A DNA stretch of 64,000 nt. Origin: Leptogorgia sarmentosa (taxonomy: Eukaryota). How positions within the stretch are numbered: position 1 is the stretch's first letter; each line of letters begins with the position of its first letter. Position numbers and translations under genes: made by a program. Positions 50,578 to 62,516 of the stretch are shown here, piece after piece. The stretch spans positions 7,068,001 through 7,132,000 of the forward strand of contig OZ210885.1 in assembly GCA_964658305.1 (NCBI GenBank), written 5' to 3'. Under the pieces are notes generated by a model, which did no database searches, had not been told where the DNA came from, and saw nothing but the letters and a program-made list of their open reading frames with translations.

Positions 50578-50742
50578 TGAAACTGTTGAAAATTTTCGGA
50601 AAAAATATAGCAAGGAAGGATAGCATTTTTACCAGAATCTGATTTTGTGCCAAGGCCACATCCAACGGGAATAAGAAACAGAACTTCAACGCTGACGATG
50701 GCCGCAATGGTGATTACAACACTTTTTGGTGTTTGAAACAGA

Positions 50743-50803
50743 TGCCGTGACCAGATTCGAACCTGGGTTATTGCAGCCACAACGCAATGTACTAACCACT
50801 ATA
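50743..50803 (-). pseudogene. tRNA-His pseudogene
   Basis: 5' acceptor strand missing; 1-nt deletion in the T stem. Confidence 0.7.
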
Positions 50804-51488
50804 TGAGTAAAGATGCCCGCAATGGTGATTACAATACTTTTAGAGAGAAAAACGCAATTTTGACCAACTTTTCAATGCTCAGAATTGCTGCGGGAATCGG
50901 GGGTCGCACCCCACTCGCCCCCAGTCGCCACGCGCTTGGATGAGGGTTGACCAGTTATTGAACCAGTTCATCAAAGTCGAAATTCAAAAGTCAAAGTCAA
51001 TTTCCGCTCAAATGAGATACGGGGTCTCGAATGTCGTCTGTTCTTTCCCGACAACGTTAGGTTTAGAAATATTTCGAAATAGAGGGGCCGGGCATAGCCC
51101 TTAACCATGTACCTTCTAGTTTAAGCCCCACCTCTGAGCTCTGGGTCCAAGTCTAAGTTCACACTTCTGCCCAGGGCGTTTTTGACTGTTTTTGTCACGT
51201 TCGCAGTCTCACGTTTTTTGTGAAGAAAATAGTATTAGGAAAAAACAGAAAATGCCGTGTTCATGTCTGGTAGAAATTGGCAAAAAACGGTAATTGCCGT
51301 GTTCAGGGCTCAAAAAACACCATATGTCATTTAATACAGTGTGAAACTGAAACTGATACCAAATTCCTGAAGGAATATTTCAGCCGGAAATCTGAAATAT
51401 ATTCCGTAGAAATAAATCATATTTCCCCACTTTAGTACAACGCCATCGTGCTCTATAGATACAATAAAAAGAAAATGTTGCACGTGGC

Positions 51489-51561
51489 GGCCTCGTGGCC
51501 TAATGGATAAGGCGTCCGACTTCGGATCAGAAGATTGCAGGTTCGAATCCTGCCGGGGTCG
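51489..51561 (+). tRNA. tRNA-Arg(TCG)
   Basis: Full length with one C-A mismatch in the anticodon stem. Confidence 0.82.
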
Positions 51562-51856
51562 AATAACATTTTCGACAGCACTTTTGAGTTGTTTTTCTTT
51601 GGAAACTACAAATCCTTCACATCGTTACCAACGATCATTAGTTAGTAAACATAATCATGAATAATATTTTTAGCAACGCTAACCAATTGCGCCACAGTGA
51701 CGGACTCTATTGAAAACTTTCGGAAAAAAATATAAAAATAATGCAATAATGGATACTATTTTGTTGGCCAGAATCTGACTTTTTGCGAAGGCCACATCCA
51801 ACGAGAATAAGAAACAGCATTTCAACGGTGACGATGCCCACAATGGAGAAAACAGA

Positions 51857-51928
51857 TGCCTTGAACAGGATTCGAACCTGAGTTATTGCGGCCACAACCC
51901 AATGTACTAACCACTATACGATCACGGC
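51857..51928 (-). pseudogene. tRNA-His(GTG), degenerate
   Basis: Full length with several stem mismatches. Confidence 0.68.
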
Positions 51929-52047
51929 GACTTCGCTGGACGATTGGAAAATGTTTTGGAACGGCTGAGAATCACATTTAATCCATCTCATATTTTTCTT
52001 CGTGGGTACAAAGTACATTTGAGATTTGGCAATTTGGTGCCATCAAT

Positions 52048-52119
52048 GGCTTGCTAGTCTAGTGGTATGATTCTCGCTTTGGGAGCGAGAGGTCACGGGT
52101 TCGATTCCCTTGCAAGCTC
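52048..52119 (+). pseudogene. tRNA-Pro(TGG), degenerate
   Basis: Full length with several substitutions. Confidence 0.65.
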
Positions 52120-52531
52120 ATAAAGTTAATTATGTGTGTCCAAACTTGTTGGATGGTGATTGATTAGCTTGAGGATTGTTACAAACCTCGTCAACAGGCA
52201 ACTATACGTTGTCGTCGGCGTTGAGCTCGCATACAAAACAGAATTCGGCAAACCACGGTACCTCCTGGAATCTGTTTGGTATACAGATTACAACCTCCAC
52301 CTAAGGTTGTTCCATAACCATGACAGAAGATTGCATTCTGCTCCTGACCTTGCTTGATGTTGGCGATAAATGGAGCAAGGCTGTCTTTGTTTCGTAGGGA
52401 GAAAAAATATGACGACTTGGAATTTCTATAACTCCATTTTCCTCTCTGAGGTGATTCGCGATTAATTAATCCCATAATTATTTTTCTTCAGCAGTGCACA
52501 GTAAATTAAAGAACAATTTGATATCATCAAT

Positions 52532-52603
52532 GGCTTGCTGGTCTAGTGGTATGATTCTCGCTTTGGGTGCAAAAGATCACGCGTTCGTTTCCCGTGCAAG
52601 CCC
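52532..52603 (+). pseudogene. tRNA-Pro(TGG), degenerate
   Basis: Anticodon stem and T arm disrupted. Confidence 0.68.
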
Positions 52604-53312
52604 TAGTTAATTAATTAACTAAGACGTTCTTCTTTGATAGTCTTTTCTTTTTCTTTTTGTTTTTCCAATCCAAGCCCAAACACTAATTCTGACCCTAACA
52701 ACAAAGTGTTGAGAAAAAAAGCTTGAAAGAAAACAAACAAAATGATAAAAAACAACTACTGGTGAGGCGGGACAATAACCTCTGAGGCAACGCAGCTCGA
52801 CAAAATTCCCCGTAAAAACCTTTTATATGAATAGATTTTGCAATACAACACATAAAGTACACGCGGTTACCCAAAGAAAGTGAGCTCGAAAGAAATTTCT
52901 GAAACACCTGCCGTGAGCAGAAAAATTTTTTGGGATCACTTACTCAGTAACCGCGCGTACTTTATATGTTGTATTGCAAAATCTATTCATATAAAAGGTT
53001 TTTACCGGCGAATTTGTCGAGCTTCGTTAGCTCATAGGTTGTGGTCCCGACTCGCCAGTAGCGACCCTGCAGGTTCGGATCTCGCGCGTGTTGGCTTTTT
53101 GTCATTTTGTTTGTTTTTTTTCAAGATTTTTTCTCAGCATTTTGTTAGTGTCAGAATTATTGTTTGGGTCTGGATTAGAAAAACAAAAAAAAAAGAAAAG
53201 ACAATATTTTCTGTTTAGAGTCAGAATTTGATCAGTGCTTGGTAACCAAGCCGCAAAGTGATCCCAAAAAAAATTTCTGCTGCCCGCGCAATGGTTTGGT
53301 GTTTGAAACAGA

Positions 53313-53384
53313 TGCCGTGACCAGGATTCGAACCTGGGTTATTGCGGCCACAACGCAATGTACTAACCACTATACGATCACGGC
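53313..53384 (-). tRNA. tRNA-His(GTG)
   Basis: Reverse complement of the 41979 copy; intact. Confidence 0.95.
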
Positions 53385-53498
53385 GACCTCGCTGGAAGAT
53401 TGGAAAATGTTCTGAACGGCTCAGATATAACATTAATTAATCCCATATTTTTCTTGGTAGCTACAAAGTACATTAGAGAACAATTTGATACCATCAAT

Positions 53499-53581
53499 GG
53501 CTTGCTGGTCTAGTGGTAAGGTTCTCGCTTTGGGTGCGAGAGGTCACTGGTTCGATTCTCGCGCGATTCTCGCGCTAGCCC
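53499..53581 (+). pseudogene. tRNA-Pro pseudogene
   Basis: Duplicated GATTCTCGCGC in the 3' half. Confidence 0.7.
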
Positions 53582-53917
53582 ATAAAGTTAATTATGTGTG
53601 TCCGAAGTTGGTGGATGGTGATTGATTAACTTGAGGACTGTTACAAATGTTCAGATCACAACCTCCACCAAAGGTTGTTCCATAACCATGACAGAAGATT
53701 GCATCCTGCTCCTGACCTTGCTTGATGTTGGCGATAAATGGAGCAAGGCTGTCTTTGTTTCGCAGGGAGAATAAAAATGACGACTTGGAAAATTCTAAAT
53801 GACGACTTGGAAATTCTATAAGTCCATTTTCCTCTCTGAGGTAATTCCCAATTAATTAATCCCATATTTTCCTTCAGCAGTACGAAGTACATTCGAGAAG
53901 AATTTGATGTCATCAAT

Positions 53918-53993
53918 GGCTTGCTGGTCTAGTGGTATGATTCTCGCTTCGAGTGCGGGTGCGAGAGGTCACGGGTTCGTTCTCGTGCAAGCC
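53918..53993 (+). pseudogene. tRNA-Pro pseudogene
   Basis: 6-nt duplication in the anticodon loop and a T-arm deletion. Confidence 0.7.
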
Positions 53994-55566
53994 TGTAAGT
54001 AGTGAGTAAAGGCCGGTTCTGGGTCATTTTGGAAATTTCGTAGAAAACCTCGATTTTAAAAACCGGTTCTGGGACATTTTGGAAATTTCGTAGAAAACCT
54101 CGATTTTAAAAACCGGTTCTGGGACATTTCGATAAATATGCTGACTCAGCAAAAAACAAATAATAAAAAATATTGCACAACCGCCTTTGGCGGGGCCCTT
54201 CAGAAGCCGCGCGTAGCGCGTCACGAACGAAGTTCGACCGTCAGCAAAAACACGAATACCGCCCAGCAGGAAATTCTTCGGATTTCACGAGCAAGGACCT
54301 ACGGTCACGGGCGAAGCCCGAAGCTCGACCACCCCACGCCACTTGTCTTATCTGTCCCTAGTATTTTTCCGCATGTTTTGAGTAGTTTTTCCTGCGACCG
54401 GAAGTTGTCGATGTTACAACACCCGCAAACCGAATTCAAAGCCTTTTCTTATTACAACATGGTATAGACCGCCTAACTCTGTTGTTGACAAATTTAACTA
54501 TTTTGAAACTCTATTAGGTAAACTAGATGCGGAACAAGTTGAATATTATGTAATGGGTGATCTGAACTGTAATTTAGGCTCACCCACTCTAGATCATAAT
54601 TCAACTTTATTGAATAATATTACAAATCTTTATAATTTACATCAGTTGATAAATGAACCGACACGTATTACTGAGTCGTCTTCAACTCTACTTGATGTAA
54701 TATTCACTAACATGCCTGATAAAATAGTTTGCTCTGGTGTCTCTCATATCGGCATTAGCGATCATAGCTTAGTTTATGCCTTTCGCAAACTTTCTTCTGG
54801 TTTAACTCGTAAAGGTCATTCTACTGTGACTTACAGAAATTTTAAAAATTTTAATTCCTCAAGCTTTAGAAATGACATATGTCAACAGAACTGGGACATT
54901 ATAATGAACTTTGACAATCCAAATGATATGTGGCACGTTTGGAAGGACACATTCAACAGTGTTGCTGAAAAACATGCCCCTTTGAGAACTAAGCGTGTTA
55001 GGGCGTCTAAATCACCTTGGATTACTTCCGAATTAAAACGACGAATGCATCAAAGAGACGTTCTTAAAATAAAAGCTTCTAGGTCGAATAACCCAGGCGA
55101 CTGGGCAGCCTTTAAACAGATTCGTAATCTAGTAAATAACGAAATCAAAAATGCTAAAGCATTGTATTATACAAATGCACTGCATGAAAACAAAAATAAT
55201 CAAAGAAAGACTTGGAATATCATTAATGATCTTACATCGAGAAAGCGACATAATTTCCACATCAATGAAATAAGTAATAATGGTTCTTTGATTACTGATC
55301 CAAATGAACTGTCTAATGAGTTCAACGAACACTTTGTAACTATTGGTCCAAAACTAGCGGATACAATAGCTTACAATGTTAACAACCGTTCATATATGGA
55401 TTATTTAAATCCAGTTGATGATGGACTTAACTTTCAAATGAAGACAACTACATCATCTAAAGTTTTCTCTATGCTTTCAAAATTAAGTAAATCCAAAGCA
55501 ACCGGTTTAGATAAAATATCTGCTAGGTTGCTACGTGAATGTCCTGATTTAATTGCCAATTCACTT

Positions 55567-58519
55567 CCCAGCAAACACACGACGTCGTTTCGACGTCGAA
55601 TTTAGGTTGATATTTGGTCGGGACGTCGATCGACTATATATCGACGTTGAATCGACGTCGATAACCTGACCTCATATCGACGTCGACAAATTGACTTCGT
55701 TTCGACGTTGAATCGACGTCGTTAACCTGACTTGATATCGACGTCGACAAATTGACCTCGTTTCGACGTTGAATCGACGTCGTTAATCTGACCTCATATC
55801 GACGTCGACAAACTGACCTCGTTTGGACGTTGAATCGACGTCGTTAACCTGACCTCATATCGACGTCGACAAACTGGCCTCGTTTCGACGTTGAATCGAC
55901 GTCGTTAACCTGACCTCATATCGACGTCGACAAATTGACCTCGTTTCGACGTTCAATCGACGTCGTTATCCTGACTTAATATCGACGTCGAAAAATTGAC
56001 CTCGTTTCGACGTTCAATCGACGTCGTTATCCTGACTTAATATCGACGTCGAAAAATTGACCTCGTTTCGACGTTCAATCGACGTCGTTATCCTGACTTA
56101 ATATCGACGTCGACAAATTGACCTCGTTTCGACGTTCAATCGACGTCGTTATCCTGACTTAATATCGACGTCGACAAATTGACCTCGTTTCGACGTTCAA
56201 ACGACGTCGTTATCCTGACTTAATATCGACGTCGAAAAATTGACCTCGTTTCGACGTTCAATCGACGTCGTTAACCTGACCTGAACATTAAAACATACTA
56301 ATTAAAAATATATATATTTACGTTTTGGGCCCTATAGCTGACGTTGAATATGGATCAGCATATTTTTATACCCCAACATACAATTGCATATCAACACTTA
56401 AGAAACTGATCTTTTGGGCAAAGTTCGTACCGACGACTACGTTTGCTATTTCAACCTTTTTCAACATGTGATTGATCGTATTTATTAAGACATTGATAGT
56501 TTTTAAATAATTTTGAATTTTTAGGTAGGGTATTTGTATAGGAAATTACTCGGTTCGAGAAGTATTAATGAAAAATTGCACGCGTGTTTGGACTTTGGCG
56601 AAATAGTAATACGAATAAGGTGTCGCGCATTCGGCCCAAACTCGGTTCGGGCCGTTCGGCTCGGCATACAATCGGCGATGATACGAGACTGAGGATCATG
56701 GGAAGTGTTGTGATAGACGCTCACAAACCGCGTGTATTCAAAATTTCACACAAAGGATTTCATTGCTTGTCGTTGTTCTTGTCTTTTGGGGATAATTTCC
56801 CGTTCATTTAGTTGATTTAATTCAAGACTACAGAAAAGGTTAGTATAATATGCAACTTGTTTATTTTTATTTTGGGATATATCGCTTTATATTTCGTTCA
56901 ATCAGTGTGCACTGCGATGCGCTTCGAAGTTCGAAGTGCTCGTGCTTCAAAAGTGCTGGTTCAATAAACTGAACTGGAACACTAGTGATCAGCACTATAA
57001 TTCACAAAATTAATCGCTTCTACATAAAGGTCAATTCTGTATCATATATTCTTATACTATGCTACAGAAAAGTCGATTCCTAGCTCTTGCCTCGACAATG
57101 ATGTGTAACGTTTGTGTATTTGATTAGTAGAGTTACATTTTACAATCCAAATCAATCTAGTAGTTTAGTTAGACTTTGTCAGCCTGGTTTCATCAGTGAT
57201 ATATTAAAAACCGAGTATTTCTGCGTAGGAAATTTTTTGTTATTGATTTAGGCTGGTTTTCAATTTTTTCAAATAGAATTTCAGACAACCAACTAAGCAG
57301 ACTGAGCATACAAAGAGGCAGTGGAAGCGAATTTTTTAAGAGGGGGGGGGGGGCTTTAAGCAAAAAATCACTAGTTAGTAGGGTTATGCATAACTCATCT
57401 GGTTTGTTAAGCAAATAATCACTAGTCATAACTCATCAGGTTTGGCAAAAGCAATTAAGCAAACTGATTTTTTTGATATCTTTCAAAATTTGTTGACTTA
57501 AACTGGCTACAGTAGATCGAGACTATAAACCTGAACTACAATGCCATTGCTATGCTAATTCCATACTGGCTGGCACACATATTGTGTTGAAGATGAAAAT
57601 TGAGAATTACTTGCTTTCGATTAACAAAGCCATCAAAAAGATAACTGCTTAGTTATGTAGAGGGATATACTGTAGCTACATTAGAGAGACAGGCTTAATT
57701 AATTGATATTTTTCACTTATTAGAGCACCGAAAGTGATGTTTATAAAGCAATGGGACAGATTTTAAAGTATGCTCCGGACAGGAAAGGGGGAAGTGGAAA
57801 GTCTATCTATAATCGATCATTATGGGACATTTTTCATAATAAACATATAGTCCATACACAAGATTGATAACTGTAATCTAATTGCCAATCTTGGCAATTT
57901 TACCAAACTTGTAAGATGTTCTTTCAAATAATATCGTGGTAACAAATTAATTAACGTATAGCTAGTTGATAATAAATTAGTGCAGATAGTATAATATATA
58001 TAGGTCCAAATTGGAATCGCTTAATTACAGTTCGGTGTTTGTAAATAATCAAGTGTATTAAAGTATATAATATGTAATATGTAAGATACTGACTGAGTTC
58101 GAAAATAAATATATCATCAAAACAAATTGCAACAGAAAATTTATTAATTTTGATCAATTTGCAACTTCGTCGCATTTTCCAACGTACTATCGACGTCGAA
58201 AAGTCAACGTTGAATCGACGTCGAAACGTCAACGTTGAATCGACGTCGAAAGTCTAACGTCGATTCGATTTGCGTTTTCGACCTGTTTTTCGACGTCGTA
58301 TCGACGTCGAAAAGTCAACGTTGAATCGACGTCGAAAGTTCAACGTTGAATCGACGTCGAAAAGTTAACGTTGAATCGACGTCGAAACGTCAACGTTGAA
58401 TCGACGTCGAAAGTCTAACGTCGATTCGATTTGCGTTTTCGACCTGTTTTTCGACGTCGTTTCGACGTCAGGTAGTAACGTCGATTCGACGTTGAATCGA
58501 CGTCGGTGTGCTTACTGGG
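55567..58519. mobile_element. Non-autonomous TIR DNA transposon, EnSpm/CACTA (CMC)-like
   Basis: TIRs CCCAGCAAACACAC / GTGTGCTTACTGGG; 2-bp TT duplication required to restore the LINE frame; subterminal tandem repeat arrays at both ends; no transposase ORF. Confidence 0.8.
55620..56283. repeat. ~11 x 61-bp tandem repeat rich in TCGACGTCGA palindromes
   Basis: Unit approx. ATCGACGTCGACAAATTGACCTCGTTTCGACGTTGAATCGACGTCGTTAACCTGACCTCAT; related 22-23-bp units at 58189-58505. Confidence 0.92.
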
Positions 58520-59977
58520 TTTGTGTAATATACAACTGTTCAATCAACACGGGTATTTTCCCTGATGAATGGAAAAGCTCGAAAGTAATACCGTTGTTCA
58601 AGCAAGGCAAACGAAATCAACTTGATAATTATCGGCCTATTTCAATTATTCCAGTTGTCGCAAAGATTTTCGAAAGAATAGTCTACGATCAGGTCAAACT
58701 TTTCATCGACGAAAATAAACTGCTTTTTAAAAATCAATCAGGCTTTCGTGGTCTCCATTCTACTGTCACAGCTCTCCTTGAGGCAACTAACGACTGGGCG
58801 TACAATATCGATTGCGGCAATGTCAATGCCGTAGTGTTTCTAGACCTCAAGAAAGCTTTTGACACGGTTGACCACGAAATACTGTTAACAAAATTAAATG
58901 CTTATGGCGTTCGACATATGGCAAGTGATTGGTTTAAGTCTTATTTAAGTGGCCGTACTCAAAAATGTCTCGTGAATGGTTTTCTATCTAAAAACAGCCC
59001 TATTTCTTGTGGGGTTCCACAGGGGACAATACTAGGGCCTCTTCTATTTTTACTTTACATCAATGATTTGCCAAACTGTCTTGAGCATTCTTACCCACGT
59101 ATGTTTGCTGACGACACCCATTTGACGTTTTCTGGGGCAGATATTCGTGATATCGATCAGAGTCTGAATCAAGATCTTGAAAATGTTAGTGAGTGGCTCG
59201 CAGCAAACAAATTGACACTTAATACATCTAAGACAGAATTTATGTTGATTGGATCTAGGCAAAGAGTTAGGACATTCAACTCCTCGCCTAATTTGGTCAT
59301 TAACGAAACTCCCATTAATAGGGTTAACCATGTTAAGTCTCTTGGGTTAAATATTGATGAAAACTTGTCATGGAATAAACACATTGAGATAATCTCAAAA
59401 AAAATTGCGTCTGGCACCGGTGCGTTGAAGCGTATGAGGCCATTTGTTCCAAGCAGCACACTCAAATATATTTTTAATTCTATTATTCAACCTCATTTTG
59501 ATTACTGTTGTGTTGTTTGGGACAATTGCACTAAATTTTCCGCAGATAAGCTACAAAAACTGCAAAATCGTGCTGCGAGAATCTTAACTTTCTCTAGCTA
59601 TGACGCTAATGCCGACCTTCTAATTGAGAAACTGGGATGGAGAAAATTGGCTTCCCAGCGTAAAAATCAGAAAGGTATACTGGTTTATAAATCGCTTAAT
59701 GAGCTAGCTCCCGATTATTTGCGGCTCCTTTTTAATTTTCGTAACAGTGTAACGAGCTACACTTTGAGAGACACCGATGGCAAACTAGCTGTTCCTATGC
59801 CTCGAACCAACTATTTAAAGAATAGTTTTGCTTATAGTGGTGCGACGCTGTGGAACAGCCTTCCTATTCACCTCAGAAAGGCTAGCACTCTAAGGCAATT
59901 CAAAACTGGCTGCAGTACTTATATCACCTAGACGTTTGTCCCCACGGCACTCGAAAAGTTTAAATCATCTATTTAAG

Positions 59978-61629
59978 GGGTTGGGATAAAACGCGGAAAC
60001 GGAATGCGGAACGGAATGCGGAACGGAATGCGGAAGCGGATTCCGTAAGCGGATTCCGCAAACGAGGATAAAACGTGGATTCCGTAAGCGGATTCCGCAA
60101 ATGAGGATAAAACGCGGATTCCGTAAGCAGATTCCGCAAATGAGGATAAAACGCGGATTCCGTAAGCGGATTCCGCAAATGAGGATAAAACGCGGATTCC
60201 GTAAGCAGATTCCGCAAATGAGGATAAAACGCGGATTCCGTAAGCGGATTCCGCAAATGAGGATAAAACGCGGAATTGTGCAAAAACGATTGGGGAGTAG
60301 ATACAAACCCAAATGATCAACGATCGTGAACGGTCGTTGTCTTCCCTGCCCGCTTTTTGCCTAGTTTATGACAAATTTGAATATATAAACTACGCTTAAT
60401 CCCAACTCAAACTATAAAATCTCAACCTAACCATAAAATTCGGAAAAATATTGAGAAAAAGGGCATTTTAACTTGAAGTCACTAACACGAAAAAAGATTT
60501 CGAACCGGAGCTTGAACTAGAGAGAACTGAGCTAATTTCGAGCTCGCTAAAAACTCGTAAACAAAAGTGTCTATAGTGGAAATGTATCATGTAACATTTA
60601 AAACGCGAGCAGGGAAGGCATCGACCGTTTCGGAAGGCAGCGACCGTTTACGAAAAAGAAATAAACGTCGGCGATTCTCTTGAAGTGGTTGGCAAAATTC
60701 GACCCTTAATTAGGTCCACTGTATTCCATTGTATTTCCAAGTAAATTTTCATACGTAATTTTGGCATGCGAATTTTGTAAGTGTACAAATTTAAACATAG
60801 TCTGATATCTATAACCCAATTGTCTGCGGCATTCAATTGTCCAAATCTCTCCTAAAAATAGGAAATACAAATGTTTGTTGCAACAGTTTGGCGTTCTTGT
60901 TTCACGTATACTTAATGTATACTTATACTTATAACGTATACTTATACATTTCAAATTCGTACCTACGTCAGTCATGGACACGTAGCTTTACTGTTTCTTC
61001 ATTTGTTGTTCAGTTTGAAAATTATGCATGCCAAAGTCAATTGCAATTGTATTTCCAATTTTTAGGAGAGATTTGGACAACTGAATATCGCAGACAATTG
61101 CGTTATAGATATCAGACTATGTTTAAATTTGTACACTTACAAAATTCGCATGCCAAAATTACGTATGAAAATTTACTTGGAAATACAATGGAATACAGTG
61201 GACCTAATTAAGGGTCGAATTTTGCCAACCACTTCAAGAGAATCGCTGACGTTTATTTCTTTTTCGTTAACGGTCGCTGCCTTTTTTTTTTATTTTTCCG
61301 AATTTTATGGTTAGGTTGAGATTTTATAGTTTGGGTTGGGATTAAGCGTAGTTTATATATTCAAATTTGTCATAAACTAGGCAAAAAGCGGGCAGGGAAG
61401 ACAACGACCGTTCACGATCGATACAATTCCGCGTTTTATCCTCATTTGCGGAATCCGCTTACGGAATCCGCGTTTTATCCTCATTTGCGGAATCCGCTTA
61501 CGGAATCCGCGTTTTATCCTCATTTGCGGAATCCGCTTACGGAATCCGCGTTTTATCCTCGTTTGCGGAATCCGTTTCCGTCATTCCGTTCCGCATTCCG
61601 CATTCCGTTTCCGCGTTTTATTCCAAACC
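59978..61629. mobile_element. Mutator/foldback-like non-autonomous element with long TIRs
   Basis: 9-bp direct repeat CTATTTAAG at 59969-59977 and 61630-61638; long inverted arms with 39-bp tandem units (AGGATAAAACGCGGATTCCGTAAGCGGATTCCGCAAATG); ~60640-60860 is the reverse complement of ~61055-61280. Confidence 0.85.
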
Positions 61630-62180
61630 CTATTTAAGTGCATTTGTGTAGAAAAAGCGTACTATTGCTTTTAATTTTTAAGCTATTTATCAATTGTGGT
61701 TAACTAAAAATATGTTTTCATATTAGATCCTCTTCGGTTTCCGAAAATCTGCGAACGTTTTTGAACGATGGGATTTAGTAATTTGGCGCCAATTCGCCAA
61801 ACATTATTTACGCTGCAAATAATTTTTAATGAGATGTTTCGAAAACTGCAGTAGTCAGATCATCAAATCATGTGACTGATATGACGAGGGTGTTAACTTC
61901 TAAGTTGTTGTCATTTTTTTGGCATGGTATGTATCGAGTTTGCAAAATGTTATTTTGCATTGGGTTAAATTGTATTAAATTGTTTGCATTGGTACGAAAT
62001 CACCGCAAAACTTCCCGATGGAACTTCAAGGAAATTTCAAGGAAATTACGAATACTATCTAAGGAATTTAAGGAAATTTTGATGCCAAAAATAGGAAATT
62101 TTGATTTAGAAAATGGAAGCACTGATTTTCATACAAATCGAAGAAGGTGTGTACATTCAAATCGCGCTTAACAATATAAA

Positions 62181-62516
62181 ATGGCCTTCACTGTAAACAG
62201 CCCGAACGTCGTTTATACCGACAAGTACATCGAAAGCCTGTTTCAATACGAAACGTCCGAAGTGAAACAAGATTGTGGAAAAATCGAAGTGACTCCGAAG
62301 CGAACCGTTTACACGTTTAAAACGGAGAGAAAAGTGCCCAAACTCGGCTGCATGCTCGTAGGCTGGGGTGGCAACAATGGCACTACCCTAACAGCTTCGG
62401 TGCTCGCAAATAAATTGAATTTATCGTGGAATACAAAGTCGGGCGTTTCGAAACCGAATTACACTGGTTCGGTGACACAATCTTCGACCGTAAGCTTGGG
62501 AGCGGGAGCAGACGGA
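62181..62516 (+). CDS. ISYNA1: Inositol-3-phosphate synthase 1, N-terminal 112 codons (partial; recognisable homology stops at ~62516)
   Basis: ORF with KVPKLGCMLVGWGGNNGTTLTA (NAD-binding GWGGNNG motif) and NYTGSVTQSSTVSLG. Beyond ...GADG the sequence becomes GGCGACATT-type repeats. Confidence 0.85.

Larger units (their letters stand above)
54424..59931 (+). mobile_element. 5'-truncated non-LTR retrotransposon (L2/CR1 group) ORF2: partial APE endonuclease plus reverse transcriptase, interrupted at 55567-58519
   Basis: TWYRPPNS, MGDLN, ISDH (endonuclease); NYRPISIIP, QSGFR, FLDLKKAFDTVDH, GVPQGTILGPLLFLLYINDL, FADD (RT). Segments 54424-55566 and 58522-59931 join in frame (~850 aa). Confidence 0.93.

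Noticed and set aside
46061..53433. ORF-track peptides such as MDKASDFGSEDCRFESC and MAAITQVRI
   Set aside because: Translations across tRNA genes and their spacers.
53918..53993. tRNA-Pro copies with enlarged anticodon loops (also 45763-45836) as frameshift suppressors or intron-containing tRNAs
   Set aside because: The same copies have damaged T arms/B boxes, so decay is the simpler explanation.
55620..56283. CRISPR-like regularly spaced palindromic repeats
   Set aside because: The whole 61-bp unit repeats with no unique spacers, there are no cas genes, and it lies inside a TIR element in a eukaryotic genome.
58396..58521. N-terminus of the 511-aa RT ORF as an independent gene start
   Set aside because: The first 42 codons come from the inserted element's terminus; the real frame continues from 55566.
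59965..60320. ORFs with 13-aa repeats in several frames
   Set aside because: Products of the 39-bp tandem repeat in a transposon arm.
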